Position numbers and translations under genes: made by a program. From positions 1-64,000 of IMG/VR virus record IMGVR_UViG_3300040801_004314: 64,000 nt of DNA, one strand, 5' to 3'. Under the pieces are notes generated by a model, which saw only the letters and a list, made by a program, of their open reading frames with translations, was not told the origin of the DNA and did no database searches. This DNA comes from a virus. Shown one piece after another: positions 1-9,300 of this stretch; positions within the stretch are counted from its first letter, which is position 1; each line of letters opens with the position of its first letter.

Positions 1-441
1 AGTTCTTTGTGATGATAGAAATTTAGAGTTCTCTCTAACTTGTCCAATTGTTTGGTTAACAACTTCATGCATTCTTGCAGAGTTGTCACCATTATCAACT
101 TGTTTTAATTGATTGAGAAAGTTTTTTCTTGTCATCTTAGCTAAGAATATTGCCTCAGAGTATACCATGGCATCTTCCTTCATTTTATTCTTTATATATG
201 GATGTTCTTTTAATTGTGGCACATCACTTAGATATAGGTCAATTAAAGAGCCTAGAACGTCTAAGGATTGCTCTTTTGATATGGTTAAGTCTGCATCATA
301 ATCATAAATACTGATTTCACCTAAATCTGGAAGATCCTCTGGATCAGCTAAGTGTTTAGATATATCAAAATCACTATTTTCAGATTGAATTTTATCAAAC
401 TCATCTTGTATTCTATTCTTTTCTTTATCTGTTTTTGACAT
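1..441 (-). CDS. Probable terminase small subunit (T4 gp16-like); runs off the left edge of the window
   Basis: Not in the ORF track. ATG at 441 opens MSKTDKEKNRIQDEF...QVDNGDNSARMHEVVNQTIGQ with no stop before position 1. SARMHEV resembles the gp16 PR(M/A)YEV motif, and the gene lies next to the large terminase. Confidence 0.5.
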   Translation of the reverse strand, partial: MSKTDKEKNRIQDEFDKIQSENSDFDISKHLADPEDLPDLGEISIYDYDADLTISKEQSLDVLGSLIDLYLSDVPQLKEHPYIKNKMKEDAMVYSEAIFLAKMTRKNFLNQLKQVDNGDNSARMHEVVNQTIGQVRENSKFLSSQRT

Positions 442-448
442 AATATTT

Positions 449-592
449 TTATTTTTTAGAACTATCCAAAAAGTCTTTTATTAACTTATTAACAAGCTTT
501 GACTTATTTATAGCTTTTATTTCACAATATTCGTAAAATTCTTTTCTTACTGGTGTGTCTATCGAAAATCCGACTTTTGATTTAGTTTTCAT
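449..592 (-). CDS. Small ribbon-helix-helix (CopG/Arc-like) DNA-binding protein
   Basis: From the ATG at 592: MKTKSKVGFSIDTPVRKEFYEYCEIKAINKSKLVNKLIKDFL, an alternating beta strand, helix, and NKSKLV..LI second helix. The track start at 691 is probably over-extended. Confidence 0.6.
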   Translation of the reverse strand: MKTKSKVGFSIDTPVRKEFYEYCEIKAINKSKLVNKLIKDFLDSSKK

Positions 593-654
593 AATGTATA
601 TATAAATTAGAAAAATCAACTTTTTACTAATTGTTAAAAATAATATATAATAGT

Positions 655-1287
655 ATGGGAAGAAAAAGACATCAAGATGCTGAGTATGCATTTATTCATA
701 TACCTAAAACTGCTGGCACATCGTTCAAAGATGAAATTGAAAGCATAACAAAAATAGAGTTTCACGGACATGGGGTATTGTTCAGATATGTCAAAGGTTT
801 AAAGCAAATCATAGTATTGAGAGATCCCATAGACAGATTTACCTCAGCTTTCTTTTATATTAAGAAAAATACTAAATCAAAGTCTAGATTATACGAAACA
901 CCCGAGGAATTAATACAGGGCTTAATAAAATTCAGTCCTGATGGCTACAGGTTCATTAGAGATACCAGAGATGTGAATGGTGTTAAAATATTTACTAACT
1001 GGGTATTTCATCCGCAAATTGGATGGGTTGATGATCCTTATAGAGTATTATTGTTTGAAAACTTGAACCAAGAAGTTGATATGTTAAACAATGAGTTGGA
1101 TATTTCTATTGACTTACCTAAGAAAAATGTGTCAGAAAGAAATGAGTTCGAGTATTCTGATAAAAGTATAGAATACCTAAAAGTTATATATAAAGAAGAT
1201 TTTAAATTGTATGACGAAATAAGCAAATATGAGTACAATAAAAGAAACCACGAATTAAAACAGGGACTCATTAAAAAAATTATATAG
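655..1287 (+). CDS. Sulfotransferase family 2 protein
   Basis: 5'-PSB motif FIHIPKTAGTS and 3'-PB motif LRDPIDRFTSAF. The likely start is the ATG at 655, after a TAATATATA box. Confidence 0.8.
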   Translation: MGRKRHQDAEYAFIHIPKTAGTSFKDEIESITKIEFHGHGVLFRYVKGLKQIIVLRDPIDRFTSAFFYIKKNTKSKSRLYETPEELIQGLIKFSPDGYRFIRDTRDVNGVKIFTNWVFHPQIGWVDDPYRVLLFENLNQEVDMLNNELDISIDLPKKNVSERNEFEYSDKSIEYLKVIYKEDFKLYDEISKYEYNKRNHELKQGLIKKII

Positions 1288-1290
1288 ATT

Positions 1291-1800
1291 ATGGCTAAAG
1301 AAAAGAAAATGGTTTTTACCTCTAAGATTGTAGAGGAAATGACAAATAAGATAAATGATGGTATCTTGGTTAAGAGATTCGAAAACCCTTGGTTAAAAGG
1401 TGAAGTTGGTGTTAGAAGAAGTGGGGTGGCATTTAAAATGACCAATGATGAACAACAAGAATATGTAAAATGTGCTTTAGATATACATTATTTTATTGAG
1501 AAATATTGTAAAGTTAAAAGAGAAGATGGATCAACTGGACATATAAAACTAAGAGATTACCAATCAGATATATTAGATGATTTTGTAGAGAATAGATTCA
1601 ATATATTAATGGCTAGCCGTCAGGTTGGAAAATGTGTATCTTTTAACACCATTATATCGATTGAGAAAGATAATTATCAATATGATATTAGATTGGGTAA
1701 GCTATACTATAAAATGCTCTCTAAAGAAAGAAAATTGACCTTTTTAGAAAGGTTAAAGGTTAAATTATATGATTTCCTTTATTATCTTGAAGAGAATTAG
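1291..1800 (+). CDS. terL: Terminase large subunit N-terminal extein (114 aa) fused to split-intein N-fragment (55 aa)
   Basis: T4 gp17-like LRDYQ adenine-binding motif and Walker A SRQVGK, followed immediately by intein block A CVSFNTIISI beginning at nt 1633. Confidence 0.9.
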   Translation: MAKEKKMVFTSKIVEEMTNKINDGILVKRFENPWLKGEVGVRRSGVAFKMTNDEQQEYVKCALDIHYFIEKYCKVKREDGSTGHIKLRDYQSDILDDFVENRFNILMASRQVGKCVSFNTIISIEKDNYQYDIRLGKLYYKMLSKERKLTFLERLKVKLYDFLYYLEEN

Positions 1801-3527
1801 GTAATCTTTCTTTCAAATTTAATTTTCCCACAATCCCAGACTTTTAATAAATTTAATTCATTTTCTGAAATACCAGTTTTTGACTTTTTGAAATTAGATT
1901 TATGAATCCTTTTAGCATCTAGTATATACTTATAATCAGGTCTTGTATCATATAATTTATCAAATCCTAGCTTTGTGTATAACCTACCATTAGACCAATC
2001 TTTATCAGCATAACTTATAACCCTTTCCACGTTAACACTTTTGACAAAAAAAGATAGCATTTTAGAAGCACCACCAACAATATTAGTATTTGTTAAATTA
2101 CAAAATCTAGACAAGTTCCAATTACCATCGCTCATCCTTTTTCTACCCTCTAAGTTAGTGAATGTCATTACAGAAACAAGTAAGCCGTTGTAATATAGAC
2201 CAATTTTTTTACTAGAAGGTGATTTACCCTGTATATGATTTTCATCTAAAAATTTATTAACTATTTTAGAATTATTTATAAACTTAACTTCACATTTTCT
2301 AGCCCATATCTTATCGGATATACCTAACCAATTATTTATTTGTGACTTTATTATATTATTCCTATGAATCCAATCATCTTCCCAGATGTGTATTATTCTA
2401 ATTCCCTTGTCTTTAAAATAGTTAGTTTTGTTTATATGGTAATTTTTATCCTTGAATTTATCAGAGTGGAAATATAATCCATTGAATTCAAAGCCTATTT
2501 TCAATTCTGGTAGATAAACATCAATCTCTAAGTTATCTCTGTATGATTTTATTATTTTTCCTTTATAAACACTTTCTATATGCTCTAATAGTTCTTTTTC
2601 TTTTATAGAAACTAATTCACCTATTGGATTACATACGGTACATATTGGTATATTTGCATTTTTCCTCTTTAGATAGTTATCAGATTTTATTTTGAAAACA
2701 CAACCAGACTTACACTTGAACTTATGTGTCTTGTTTCCTTCATAAGAAATATGATTTATATCACTTCCTATTATAGTATCTACTAAGCTATTACTTGTTT
2801 TTTTATAATTATCAACACCCCATTTTTTGATATTATCTTCTTTTACTTTTTTCTTACATTCATCACTTTTTGAATAAGAAGATACACCCCATTTACTTAA
2901 GCTTGTTTTAGTTACCTTTTTTTTATAGTTATCTGTTTTTGAAAAATTATCAACACCGTATTTATTCAGAAGGGTTTCTTTAATTTTAATCTTAACATCA
3001 TCTAATTTGAATGGATTATCAACACCGTACTTGTGCATAACAGTTTCTTTGAATTTGGTTTTATATTCATCTGTTTTGGAATAGTGTTCAACACCCCATT
3101 TATCTATTGCTGTTTGTTTTATTTTTTCTTTATATTCATCTGTTTTAGAATAATGTTCAACACCCCATTTATCTTTTATAGATGATCTTAAGTTAGCTTT
3201 TATTTTATCACTTTTCATAGGATTATCAACGCCATAGTTACTTATATTTGTTTCTTTCCGTTTTTCTATGATACATCTTTTCTCAGAGCAACAGTCTTTA
3301 CTACCATCTTTTTTAATTTTTCTATACTTTCTCCACTCAGTAGAATATTCTTTATTGCAAAAATCACATTTAACATCAACTTTATATCCAGATCCATCAG
3401 GTAGTAACTCTATGGGCAAATGTAAAATTTCATCTAATTCTATGTCTATCTTATCACCATAAGACTTTAATAACTTTTTGTAGTTATAGGATGTGACTTT
3501 AATTTTAGAATAACTTGATAGTAACAT
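1797..3527 (-). CDS. Free-standing homing endonuclease (Vsr/PD-(D/E)XK, Hef-like) inserted antisense between the terminase halves
   Basis: CxxC motifs, tandem KYGVDN/KWGVEH repeats, EIDVYLPELKIGFEFNGLYFHS and IIHIWEDDW nuclease motifs, and a C-terminal SRFC...GGASK...SYAD domain. Confidence 0.75.
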   Translation of the reverse strand: MLLSSYSKIKVTSYNYKKLLKSYGDKIDIELDEILHLPIELLPDGSGYKVDVKCDFCNKEYSTEWRKYRKIKKDGSKDCCSEKRCIIEKRKETNISNYGVDNPMKSDKIKANLRSSIKDKWGVEHYSKTDEYKEKIKQTAIDKWGVEHYSKTDEYKTKFKETVMHKYGVDNPFKLDDVKIKIKETLLNKYGVDNFSKTDNYKKKVTKTSLSKWGVSSYSKSDECKKKVKEDNIKKWGVDNYKKTSNSLVDTIIGSDINHISYEGNKTHKFKCKSGCVFKIKSDNYLKRKNANIPICTVCNPIGELVSIKEKELLEHIESVYKGKIIKSYRDNLEIDVYLPELKIGFEFNGLYFHSDKFKDKNYHINKTNYFKDKGIRIIHIWEDDWIHRNNIIKSQINNWLGISDKIWARKCEVKFINNSKIVNKFLDENHIQGKSPSSKKIGLYYNGLLVSVMTFTNLEGRKRMSDGNWNLSRFCNLTNTNIVGGASKMLSFFVKSVNVERVISYADKDWSNGRLYTKLGFDKLYDTRPDYKYILDAKRIHKSNFKKSKTGISENELNLLKVWDCGKIKFERKIT

Positions 3528-3579
3528 ATTGTATATATAAATTCGAAAAATTATACTTATTATATTTTATATATACATT

Positions 3580-5829
3580 ATGAATAAAGTTTTGATAAGT
3601 TTCTTAATAAGAGCAACACGTAAGTTAATAAGATTTTTAGAATGGATAGAGTATATAAATTTAAAATTAGATGAAAATGATGTATCTAAGAAAATAATTA
3701 ATAGTATAAAACTCTCAAATATAAAAGTAAAAACTGATACTGGCTTACAACCAATTTCCGATTTACATATAACACAGCCTTATAAACATTATATTTTAAA
3801 AACAAAGAGTTATGAATTAAAATGTGCAGACAACCATATTGTTTTTGATAAGGATTTAAATCAAGTTTTTGTTAGAGATATTAAGAACGGTGATTATATA
3901 CAAACAGATAATGGTTTAGAAATAGTAGAAAATATATCAAAAACAAGATTTAAAGCATCTATGTTTGATACTACAGTAGACCATCCAAATCACAGGTATT
4001 ACACTAATGGAATATTATCACATAATACTATTTCTTCGTCTATTTTTATACTGCACTTTTTATTATTTAATAATGATAAAAACGTTATGATTATTGCTAA
4101 TAAAGGCGATACTGTGGTCGAGATTGTTGACAAAATAAAATCTATTTATACATTACTGCCATTTTTCCTAAAGAACGGAGTTAAGGTTTGGAATCAAAAA
4201 TCTATAACATTTGAAAATGGATGTAGGATAAAAACATCTGCAAGAACAAAAACACCTGCGGTTGGTTTTACCATTGACCTTTTGTACCTTGATGAGTTTG
4301 CACACATACCATCGAATATTATAAATGCCTTTTATACAGCAGCCTATCCAACTGTATCAGCTATTCAAAACTCTAAAATAATAATAACCTCAACACCTAA
4401 TGGTATGAATTTATTTCATAAGCTTCTTACTGATGCTGAGAGACCTGATGGTGATCCACAGAAAAACAACTATAACCCAATAAGAGTATATTGGTATCAA
4501 GTTCCTGGTAGGTTTGTAACGTATGTAAGGTTAAATGATCATAAACTATACGAACAAAAGTTAGAAGCTGATTATGTTTATGATAAGGTATATGAAGAAT
4601 TCGGTGACAAGACAAAAGTGGAAATGTATTGGAATAATGACATGCAAAAAAATGTTATTGATGTTCATAATAACGAATCGTGTGAAGATTCTGATGTTAA
4701 GAGTTTCAATTTTACAAAGCCAGATGGTAAACAAGTTTCACTTATGGAAGTTGCAGAACTTACAACGTGGAAGGAAGAAGCTATAAAAGATATTGGTGGA
4801 GAAGATGCTTTTAACCAAGAGTATGGTCTTAGGTTTGTGAATGCTAGTAAATCGTTATTAAATGAGAATATAATTGATCATTTACTTAATAATAAAATAA
4901 ACTACGAATGGCAAGAAATATATGAATTTGAAGATAAGCTTCCATTTTCCTATGATGGGTTAACATGGGTTGATGATCATGATATATTTAATCCGATAAA
5001 AAGAAAGGAATATAAGATAATCATGTCCGTTGATTTAGCAGAGGGGTTAGGTCAGGATTATTCTGTTATAAATATATTTAGGATAAATAACAAAGATAAA
5101 GAGTTAATTGAATCTCAAAAGGAAAAATATGATTCCATTACTGACTTCTTTAAATTGCAACAAATTGGGATATATAGAAGTAATATAATTTCCTTAAAGC
5201 AATTAGCTGAGGTTCTTTATATTCTATGTTTTGATTACTTTAATCCCGACAATTTAAAAGTGGTTTTGGAGCTTAATAATTATGGAAATACTTTACTTGC
5301 GGAATTGCCACACGTATTTGATGGGATGAACGATTATGGTTCATTTATATTCACTAGGTATAAACATAGAGTGGATTCGGAAGAAAAGAAAGTGGGATTA
5401 AAAGTTGGATCTAATAAAAACTTAATCGTCAAAGATTATCAAGATTTGATGCTTAGTAAATCATTTGATATAACACATGAAGATACTATAAGAGAAATAA
5501 CAACTTTTGTGAAGCACACTACAAGCTCTGGTAACATAAGATATGCGGCAGATTCAGGTAATGACGATTGCGTTATGACAATTGTTAATGCTAGTTCAAT
5601 GTTTGATAAGGAGGAATTCTCAGAAATGGTAAACGAGTGGATGTCTAAATATATGGACAAAGAAATGTCTGAGTATATAAATAACTGTATGAAAAATTCG
5701 GAATACATAGAACCAGTAGATTACGGACATTTCCTTAGTGTTAAAAGAAATACATTAGGTAGTAAATCTACTGGTTATGGTACAAGTAGGGGTTATGGTA
5801 ATAAAGGTACTGATTGGTTCAAAAGATAA
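3580..5829 (+). CDS. terL: Split-intein C-fragment (149 aa) fused to terminase large subunit C-terminal extein
   Basis: Intein block B-like CADNHIV and blocks F/G YYTNGILSHN|T (HN ends at nt 4026, +1 Thr). Then Walker B LLYLDEFAH, coupling motif ITSTPNG, and nuclease motifs SVDLAEGLGQDYS and DDCVM. Confidence 0.9.
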   Translation: MNKVLISFLIRATRKLIRFLEWIEYINLKLDENDVSKKIINSIKLSNIKVKTDTGLQPISDLHITQPYKHYILKTKSYELKCADNHIVFDKDLNQVFVRDIKNGDYIQTDNGLEIVENISKTRFKASMFDTTVDHPNHRYYTNGILSHNTISSSIFILHFLLFNNDKNVMIIANKGDTVVEIVDKIKSIYTLLPFFLKNGVKVWNQKSITFENGCRIKTSARTKTPAVGFTIDLLYLDEFAHIPSNIINAFYTAAYPTVSAIQNSKIIITSTPNGMNLFHKLLTDAERPDGDPQKNNYNPIRVYWYQVPGRFVTYVRLNDHKLYEQKLEADYVYDKVYEEFGDKTKVEMYWNNDMQKNVIDVHNNESCEDSDVKSFNFTKPDGKQVSLMEVAELTTWKEEAIKDIGGEDAFNQEYGLRFVNASKSLLNENIIDHLLNNKINYEWQEIYEFEDKLPFSYDGLTWVDDHDIFNPIKRKEYKIIMSVDLAEGLGQDYSVINIFRINNKDKELIESQKEKYDSITDFFKLQQIGIYRSNIISLKQLAEVLYILCFDYFNPDNLKVVLELNNYGNTLLAELPHVFDGMNDYGSFIFTRYKHRVDSEEKKVGLKVGSNKNLIVKDYQDLMLSKSFDITHEDTIREITTFVKHTTSSGNIRYAADSGNDDCVMTIVNASSMFDKEEFSEMVNEWMSKYMDKEMSEYINNCMKNSEYIEPVDYGHFLSVKRNTLGSKSTGYGTSRGYGNKGTDWFKR

Positions 5830-6114
5830 TTAACCATTCTTTTCCATGGTCACGCTAAGTCCTTCATTAGAAAGCTTTTCTTTCATTTCTGAAATTGTTT
5901 CAAAATCTCCATACTTAACATCACACACACCTTTAAAGTGAACAATGTGCGCACATTGGTTTGCCTGTTCAGACTCATGACCACATATACTAATTAGACA
6001 TTTAATCACGTGATCAAAAGAATTATGGTCGTCATTGTGTAAGTCTAACCTATAAGGTTTTGATAGAATTTCTTCTACTTCTGTTTTTGTTTGTTCTTCT
6101 GTAATTGTTGACAT
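5830..6114 (-). CDS. clpS: ATP-dependent Clp protease adaptor ClpS
   Basis: YRLDLHNDDHNSFDHVIKCL...ANQCAHIVHFKG matches the ClpS NDD..(T/S)F..V and VH..G motifs. Confidence 0.85.
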   Translation of the reverse strand: MSTITEEQTKTEVEEILSKPYRLDLHNDDHNSFDHVIKCLISICGHESEQANQCAHIVHFKGVCDVKYGDFETISEMKEKLSNEGLSVTMEKNG

Positions 6115-6118
6115 AATT

Positions 6119-6640
6119 TTATTTATTAAATTGTTTTTCAGTTTTGTTTATAACATCTATTATTGTTATTGGTAAAGACTGTTGTTTAGCCCATTCTTCA
6201 AATTTAACTAAATGTTCATGTCTGTCATCGTACATAACAAATTCTTTACACTTAGTTTTATTTATTAAACTTTCAAATAGACTTATCTTAAACCTATATG
6301 TATCACCTTTGTTATTTAGATGTATTTCATCAAATTCCATATTATGCATTCTAAGGATGGACTCAACATTTCTTCTCATGTTTTTGACTTTATCAAGCCT
6401 ACCTGTTGCTAAAATAACATATGAATTAGAATCAGCCTGAGCATCTAAGTAGTGCTTATAAACCCATTCATTTTTAGGAACATAAAATATATCTGGATCT
6501 AGTGTTTCAGCTTTACCCCACCACCCATTGTACATCCAATCAGTGTTGGTTTTTTCTTTCCAAACTTTTTTCCCCTCAATTGGCTCTGGTGAAAAGCATA
6601 AAGTTTTATCGAAGTCAAAGCTGTATAATTTATCAATCAT
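6119..6640 (-). CDS. HAD-superfamily phosphatase (Swiss-army-knife RNA-repair-like HAD)
   Basis: Motif I FDFDKTL, WW motif, motif II LATGR, motif IV MYDDR. Confidence 0.7.
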   Translation of the reverse strand: MIDKLYSFDFDKTLCFSPEPIEGKKVWKEKTNTDWMYNGWWGKAETLDPDIFYVPKNEWVYKHYLDAQADSNSYVILATGRLDKVKNMRRNVESILRMHNMEFDEIHLNNKGDTYRFKISLFESLINKTKCKEFVMYDDRHEHLVKFEEWAKQQSLPITIIDVINKTEKQFNK

Positions 6641-6678
6641 AATTTAATATTTCTGCAAATATACACTTTAAATGTAAA

Positions 6679-7065
6679 TTATGAAAACATTTCTATAAAA
6701 TCTTCTGAAAAGTTTCCCTTTTCATCAAAGACCTCTGCTTCGTTGTATTCATCATCCACTATATATAGGGGGAAATTAGACTTTGAATTATATTTGGAAT
6801 ATACTAAATATTCTTCACCATTTACTTCAACAGTATAGTTACTAACACATAAACCATCATGTTCTTCCTGTCTTTCTATTTCAAAAGGTTGACCTGTCTC
6901 TGGGATTTCTATCACTATACCTTCAGGTGTCAAATCATCTAAAATCTTTAAAGCTAATACACCCATACATTTAAGTAGTTTGGCTTCGTTAAAGAAATCC
7001 CTGGGTATTTCTCTTTGGTAAGAATTTGAGTATGATTCGAATAGCTTTATTCTTTTATTTTTCAT
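6679..7065 (-). CDS. Hypothetical protein with N-terminal IKLFESY motif
   Basis: ORF track; late-type TAATATATA box upstream on the minus strand. Confidence 0.6.
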   Translation of the reverse strand: MKNKRIKLFESYSNSYQREIPRDFFNEAKLLKCMGVLALKILDDLTPEGIVIEIPETGQPFEIERQEEHDGLCVSNYTVEVNGEEYLVYSKYNSKSNFPLYIVDDEYNEAEVFDEKGNFSEDFIEMFS

Positions 7066-7107
7066 GGACTGTGTTTTTTTATATATATTAAAAATAAAAT
7101 ATTAAGT

Positions 7108-7536
7108 ATGAATATAAATATGAGTATGAAAAATATAATAATATTAGTTTTGTTCGCCTTAGTTATCTTTTTTGGTTATAAGTCTTTTTTTGATATTGAT
7201 GATTCTTACAAAGACGAAATTGAACTTTTAAAAGAAGATAATAGAAAACTGATTAAAAAAAGAGATTCTTTAAATAAAAACATAAGAACACTTGAAGAAG
7301 ATTTGGTTGATATCAAATCAAGAGATAGTATACTTCTATTGGATATTGATAAAACCAGAGACTCTATTGATAATGCTAAAAATATTGCTGATAGAACTAA
7401 AAAAGAATTAGATTCTATTAGAACTAAAATAAGTAAAGGTAGAAATAAAATAGATAGCTTAATAGATAATCCACCAAATAAGTCGGATAGTCTATTATTA
7501 CAGTCTTTAAAAATAAAATTGAATGATGTTAAATAA
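7108..7536 (+). CDS. Membrane-anchored coiled-coil protein
   Basis: N-terminal hydrophobic helix IIILVLFALVIFFG followed by a long heptad-rich region. Confidence 0.55.
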   Translation: MNINMSMKNIIILVLFALVIFFGYKSFFDIDDSYKDEIELLKEDNRKLIKKRDSLNKNIRTLEEDLVDIKSRDSILLLDIDKTRDSIDNAKNIADRTKKELDSIRTKISKGRNKIDSLIDNPPNKSDSLLLQSLKIKLNDVK

Positions 7537-8026
7537 AATAATAATTACGGTACTTTTTGTCTTGTTTTCCACAGTAGCACATGGGCAAGAAAGTTTCCCA
7601 CGTTTTGAAAAAGATTCCTTAGGGAATAAGTATGTAGCTATTTCTATGGAACAAGCTAGGTATGTTGACAACAAACTAGATATATTAAAACTTATGCAGG
7701 AAAATGAAATGTTAGGGTTTGGTTTAGATTCACTTAATGTAAAAGTGGTTAATGATCTAGAAAATGTTATTGCCACTCAATCTATACAAATAGATAATCT
7801 TTCACAGTTAGTTGATAACAAAGATGAACAAATCTATAATTTACAAAGCCAAATAGCAAATTACATGTTAAGTGAGGTTACCTACGAGTCACAGATAACT
7901 AATTTAAATAAAAAGGTTGATATATATGATGAGCAAGTTAAAAGGTTAGAGAGAAAAGTATTTTGGGGTGGCGTTGGTGGAGTCATACTTATAATAGGTG
8001 CTGTATTGATTGGTGGGGCATTGTAA
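7523..8026 (+). CDS. Exported coiled-coil protein with C-terminal transmembrane helix
   Basis: Signal peptide ending AHG|QE, a coiled coil, and C-terminal VFWGGVGGVILIIGAVLIGG. Overlaps the upstream gene. Confidence 0.55.
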   Translation: MMLNKIIITVLFVLFSTVAHGQESFPRFEKDSLGNKYVAISMEQARYVDNKLDILKLMQENEMLGFGLDSLNVKVVNDLENVIATQSIQIDNLSQLVDNKDEQIYNLQSQIANYMLSEVTYESQITNLNKKVDIYDEQVKRLERKVFWGGVGGVILIIGAVLIGGAL

Positions 8027-8076
8027 AAAGAGACTTTTGACAATTAATATATAATGTATAAAAAATAATTAAAAAT

Positions 8077-8586
8077 ATGAAACGTATTCAAAATTTTGAA
8101 GCCCATAGAGGTAATAAAGTACAAGAAACTAAAGCACAAGAAACTAAAGTACAGGAAGCTGTAATTGAGGTTGAAGATACTTATAAAGTAAGAACAAGTA
8201 TTGATGTTCCTAAGAGCTTTGTAAATGCTTACATAAAAAAGGTTAAGGATGAGACTGGTGAAGATATCAGCCAATTGTTTGGTGATTTTGATATTGCAGA
8301 AGAACTAGTAAAACATGTAACTGATAAATATCTCGATAATGATATTATTTCTGCTAGAGCTTTAACTGGTGGTGAAGAAGAGGAAGAGGAAGAGGAAGAA
8401 GAAGTTCAACCTGAAATGAAAGAAGAAGAGGAAGCACAGGCACAAGAGGAAGAACAGGAAGAAGAACAGGAAGAAGAACAGGAAGAAAAAGCTGAAATGG
8501 AAGAAGAAGCACAAGAAGAAGGTGATGATGATTTCGAAGATGTTCAGGACTTAGACGAAGAAGAAGATGAAGATCTTCCTATCTAA
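8077..8586 (+). CDS. Highly acidic protein, possible prohead core/internal protein
   Basis: Poly-Glu C-terminal half, N-terminal MKRIQNFE motif, and a late-type promoter at about 8044. Confidence 0.55.
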   Translation: MKRIQNFEAHRGNKVQETKAQETKVQEAVIEVEDTYKVRTSIDVPKSFVNAYIKKVKDETGEDISQLFGDFDIAEELVKHVTDKYLDNDIISARALTGGEEEEEEEEEEVQPEMKEEEEAQAQEEEQEEEQEEEQEEKAEMEEEAQEEGDDDFEDVQDLDEEEDEDLPI

Positions 8587-8612
8587 AAATAAAAACAAAT
8601 AAACATATATAA

Positions 8613-8647
8613 TAAAAAAATCCAGATAATTTATCTGGATTTTTTTT
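8613..8647. terminator. Bidirectional rho-independent terminator
   Basis: AAAAAAATCCAGATAA-T-TTATCTGGATTTTTTT between convergent genes. Confidence 0.75.
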
Positions 8648-8681
8648 GTCTTTACTTTAAATATTATAATTAATTTAAAGG

Positions 8682-8984
8682 CTATTCCTTAAGCTTTTCT
8701 ATTTTTCTATCTATATCCTTTATAGAAAATTCTACCCATTCAGGTATATTAATCTCATCAAAAGATGGTAAGTCACTTGGATAATCTTTTGATAAGAATT
8801 CATTCAAGTCAACGTCATTCATGTAGTCTTCAGCCCACGTTGATTTTAGATTTCGATAAGCTACATCAAATTCAATAAGGTGTTTTTTTGTTTTCTGTAG
8901 AAAATTAATTTCATCTTGGTTAGTAGCTTCCCCACCTAAATCCTCGTTTACATTTGTGTATTCTTTAAATAGTTTAATTGCCAT
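8682..8984 (-). CDS. Hypothetical protein (MAIKLFKEY N-terminus)
   Basis: ORF track; late-type box upstream. Confidence 0.6.
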   Translation of the reverse strand: MAIKLFKEYTNVNEDLGGEATNQDEINFLQKTKKHLIEFDVAYRNLKSTWAEDYMNDVDLNEFLSKDYPSDLPSFDEINIPEWVEFSIKDIDRKIEKLKE

Positions 8985-9031
8985 ATTATTATTTCTTTTT
9001 TATTATATATTAAATATTTTTCATAGAAAAC

Positions 9032-9063
9032 CTTGTGAGAACTATTTATTTGTTTTATATTTG
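9032..9063 (+). promoter_or_regulatory. Bacteroidota sigma-A type promoter driving the tracrRNA/CRISPR locus
   Basis: (C)TTG at 9032-9035, a 20-nt spacer, then TATATTTG (TAnnTTTG -7 box) at 9056-9063, just upstream of the anti-repeat. Confidence 0.7.
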
Positions 9064-9067
9064 CAGT

Positions 9068-9199
9068 GTATTAATTGATTACCTTAACACAACCAACGAT
9101 AGCTTAGGCTATCGGGAGTGAATTTCAGTAGATTAAGTAGAGCAAGACATACATTGGCTCGATATACAGTAACTCCACTAACCTACACTAGTAGGATTT
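9068..9199 (+). ncRNA. tracrRNA copy 1 (stand-alone)
   Basis: Anti-repeat GTATTAATTGATTACCTTAACACAAC (9068-9093) is complementary to the first ~26 nt of the CRISPR repeat with a bulge. It is followed by hairpins CGATAGC-TTAG-GCTATCG, GGAGT...ACTCC and CCTAC-ACTA-GTAGG. Confidence 0.85.
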
Positions 9200-9300
9200 A
9201 AAAATTAAGGTAAAAGTTCTTTTTTTATTGATTAAAAAATGATTTCTAATAGTCATTAATGTGGTTAACTTACTAACAACCAATTATTTATAAGAGGTAG

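Noticed and set aside
1797-3579. Group I intron as the explanation for the terminase interruption
   Set aside because: The gap is almost entirely filled by an antisense ORF, leaving no room for a ribozyme core, and both flanks carry intein motifs with their own stop and start codons.
8374-8412. EEEEEEVQP shared between the acidic protein at 8077 and the protease-scaffold (~37691)
   Set aside because: Low-complexity GAA/GAG tract, too short to infer homology or function.
9061-9080. Spacer 5 shares TTGCAGTG and TAATTGATT with the tracrRNA promoter region, suggesting autoregulation
   Set aside because: The two 8-9 nt matches are in swapped order and do not include the 3' seed end. This is plausibly chance in AT-rich DNA.
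9264-9300. TACTAACAAC followed by 20 nt before repeat 1, as a possible degenerate repeat plus short spacer
   Set aside because: Only loosely matches the repeat 3' end (TACTATTCACAAC) and the spacing is 20 rather than 30 nt. It cannot be told apart from AT-rich leader sequence.
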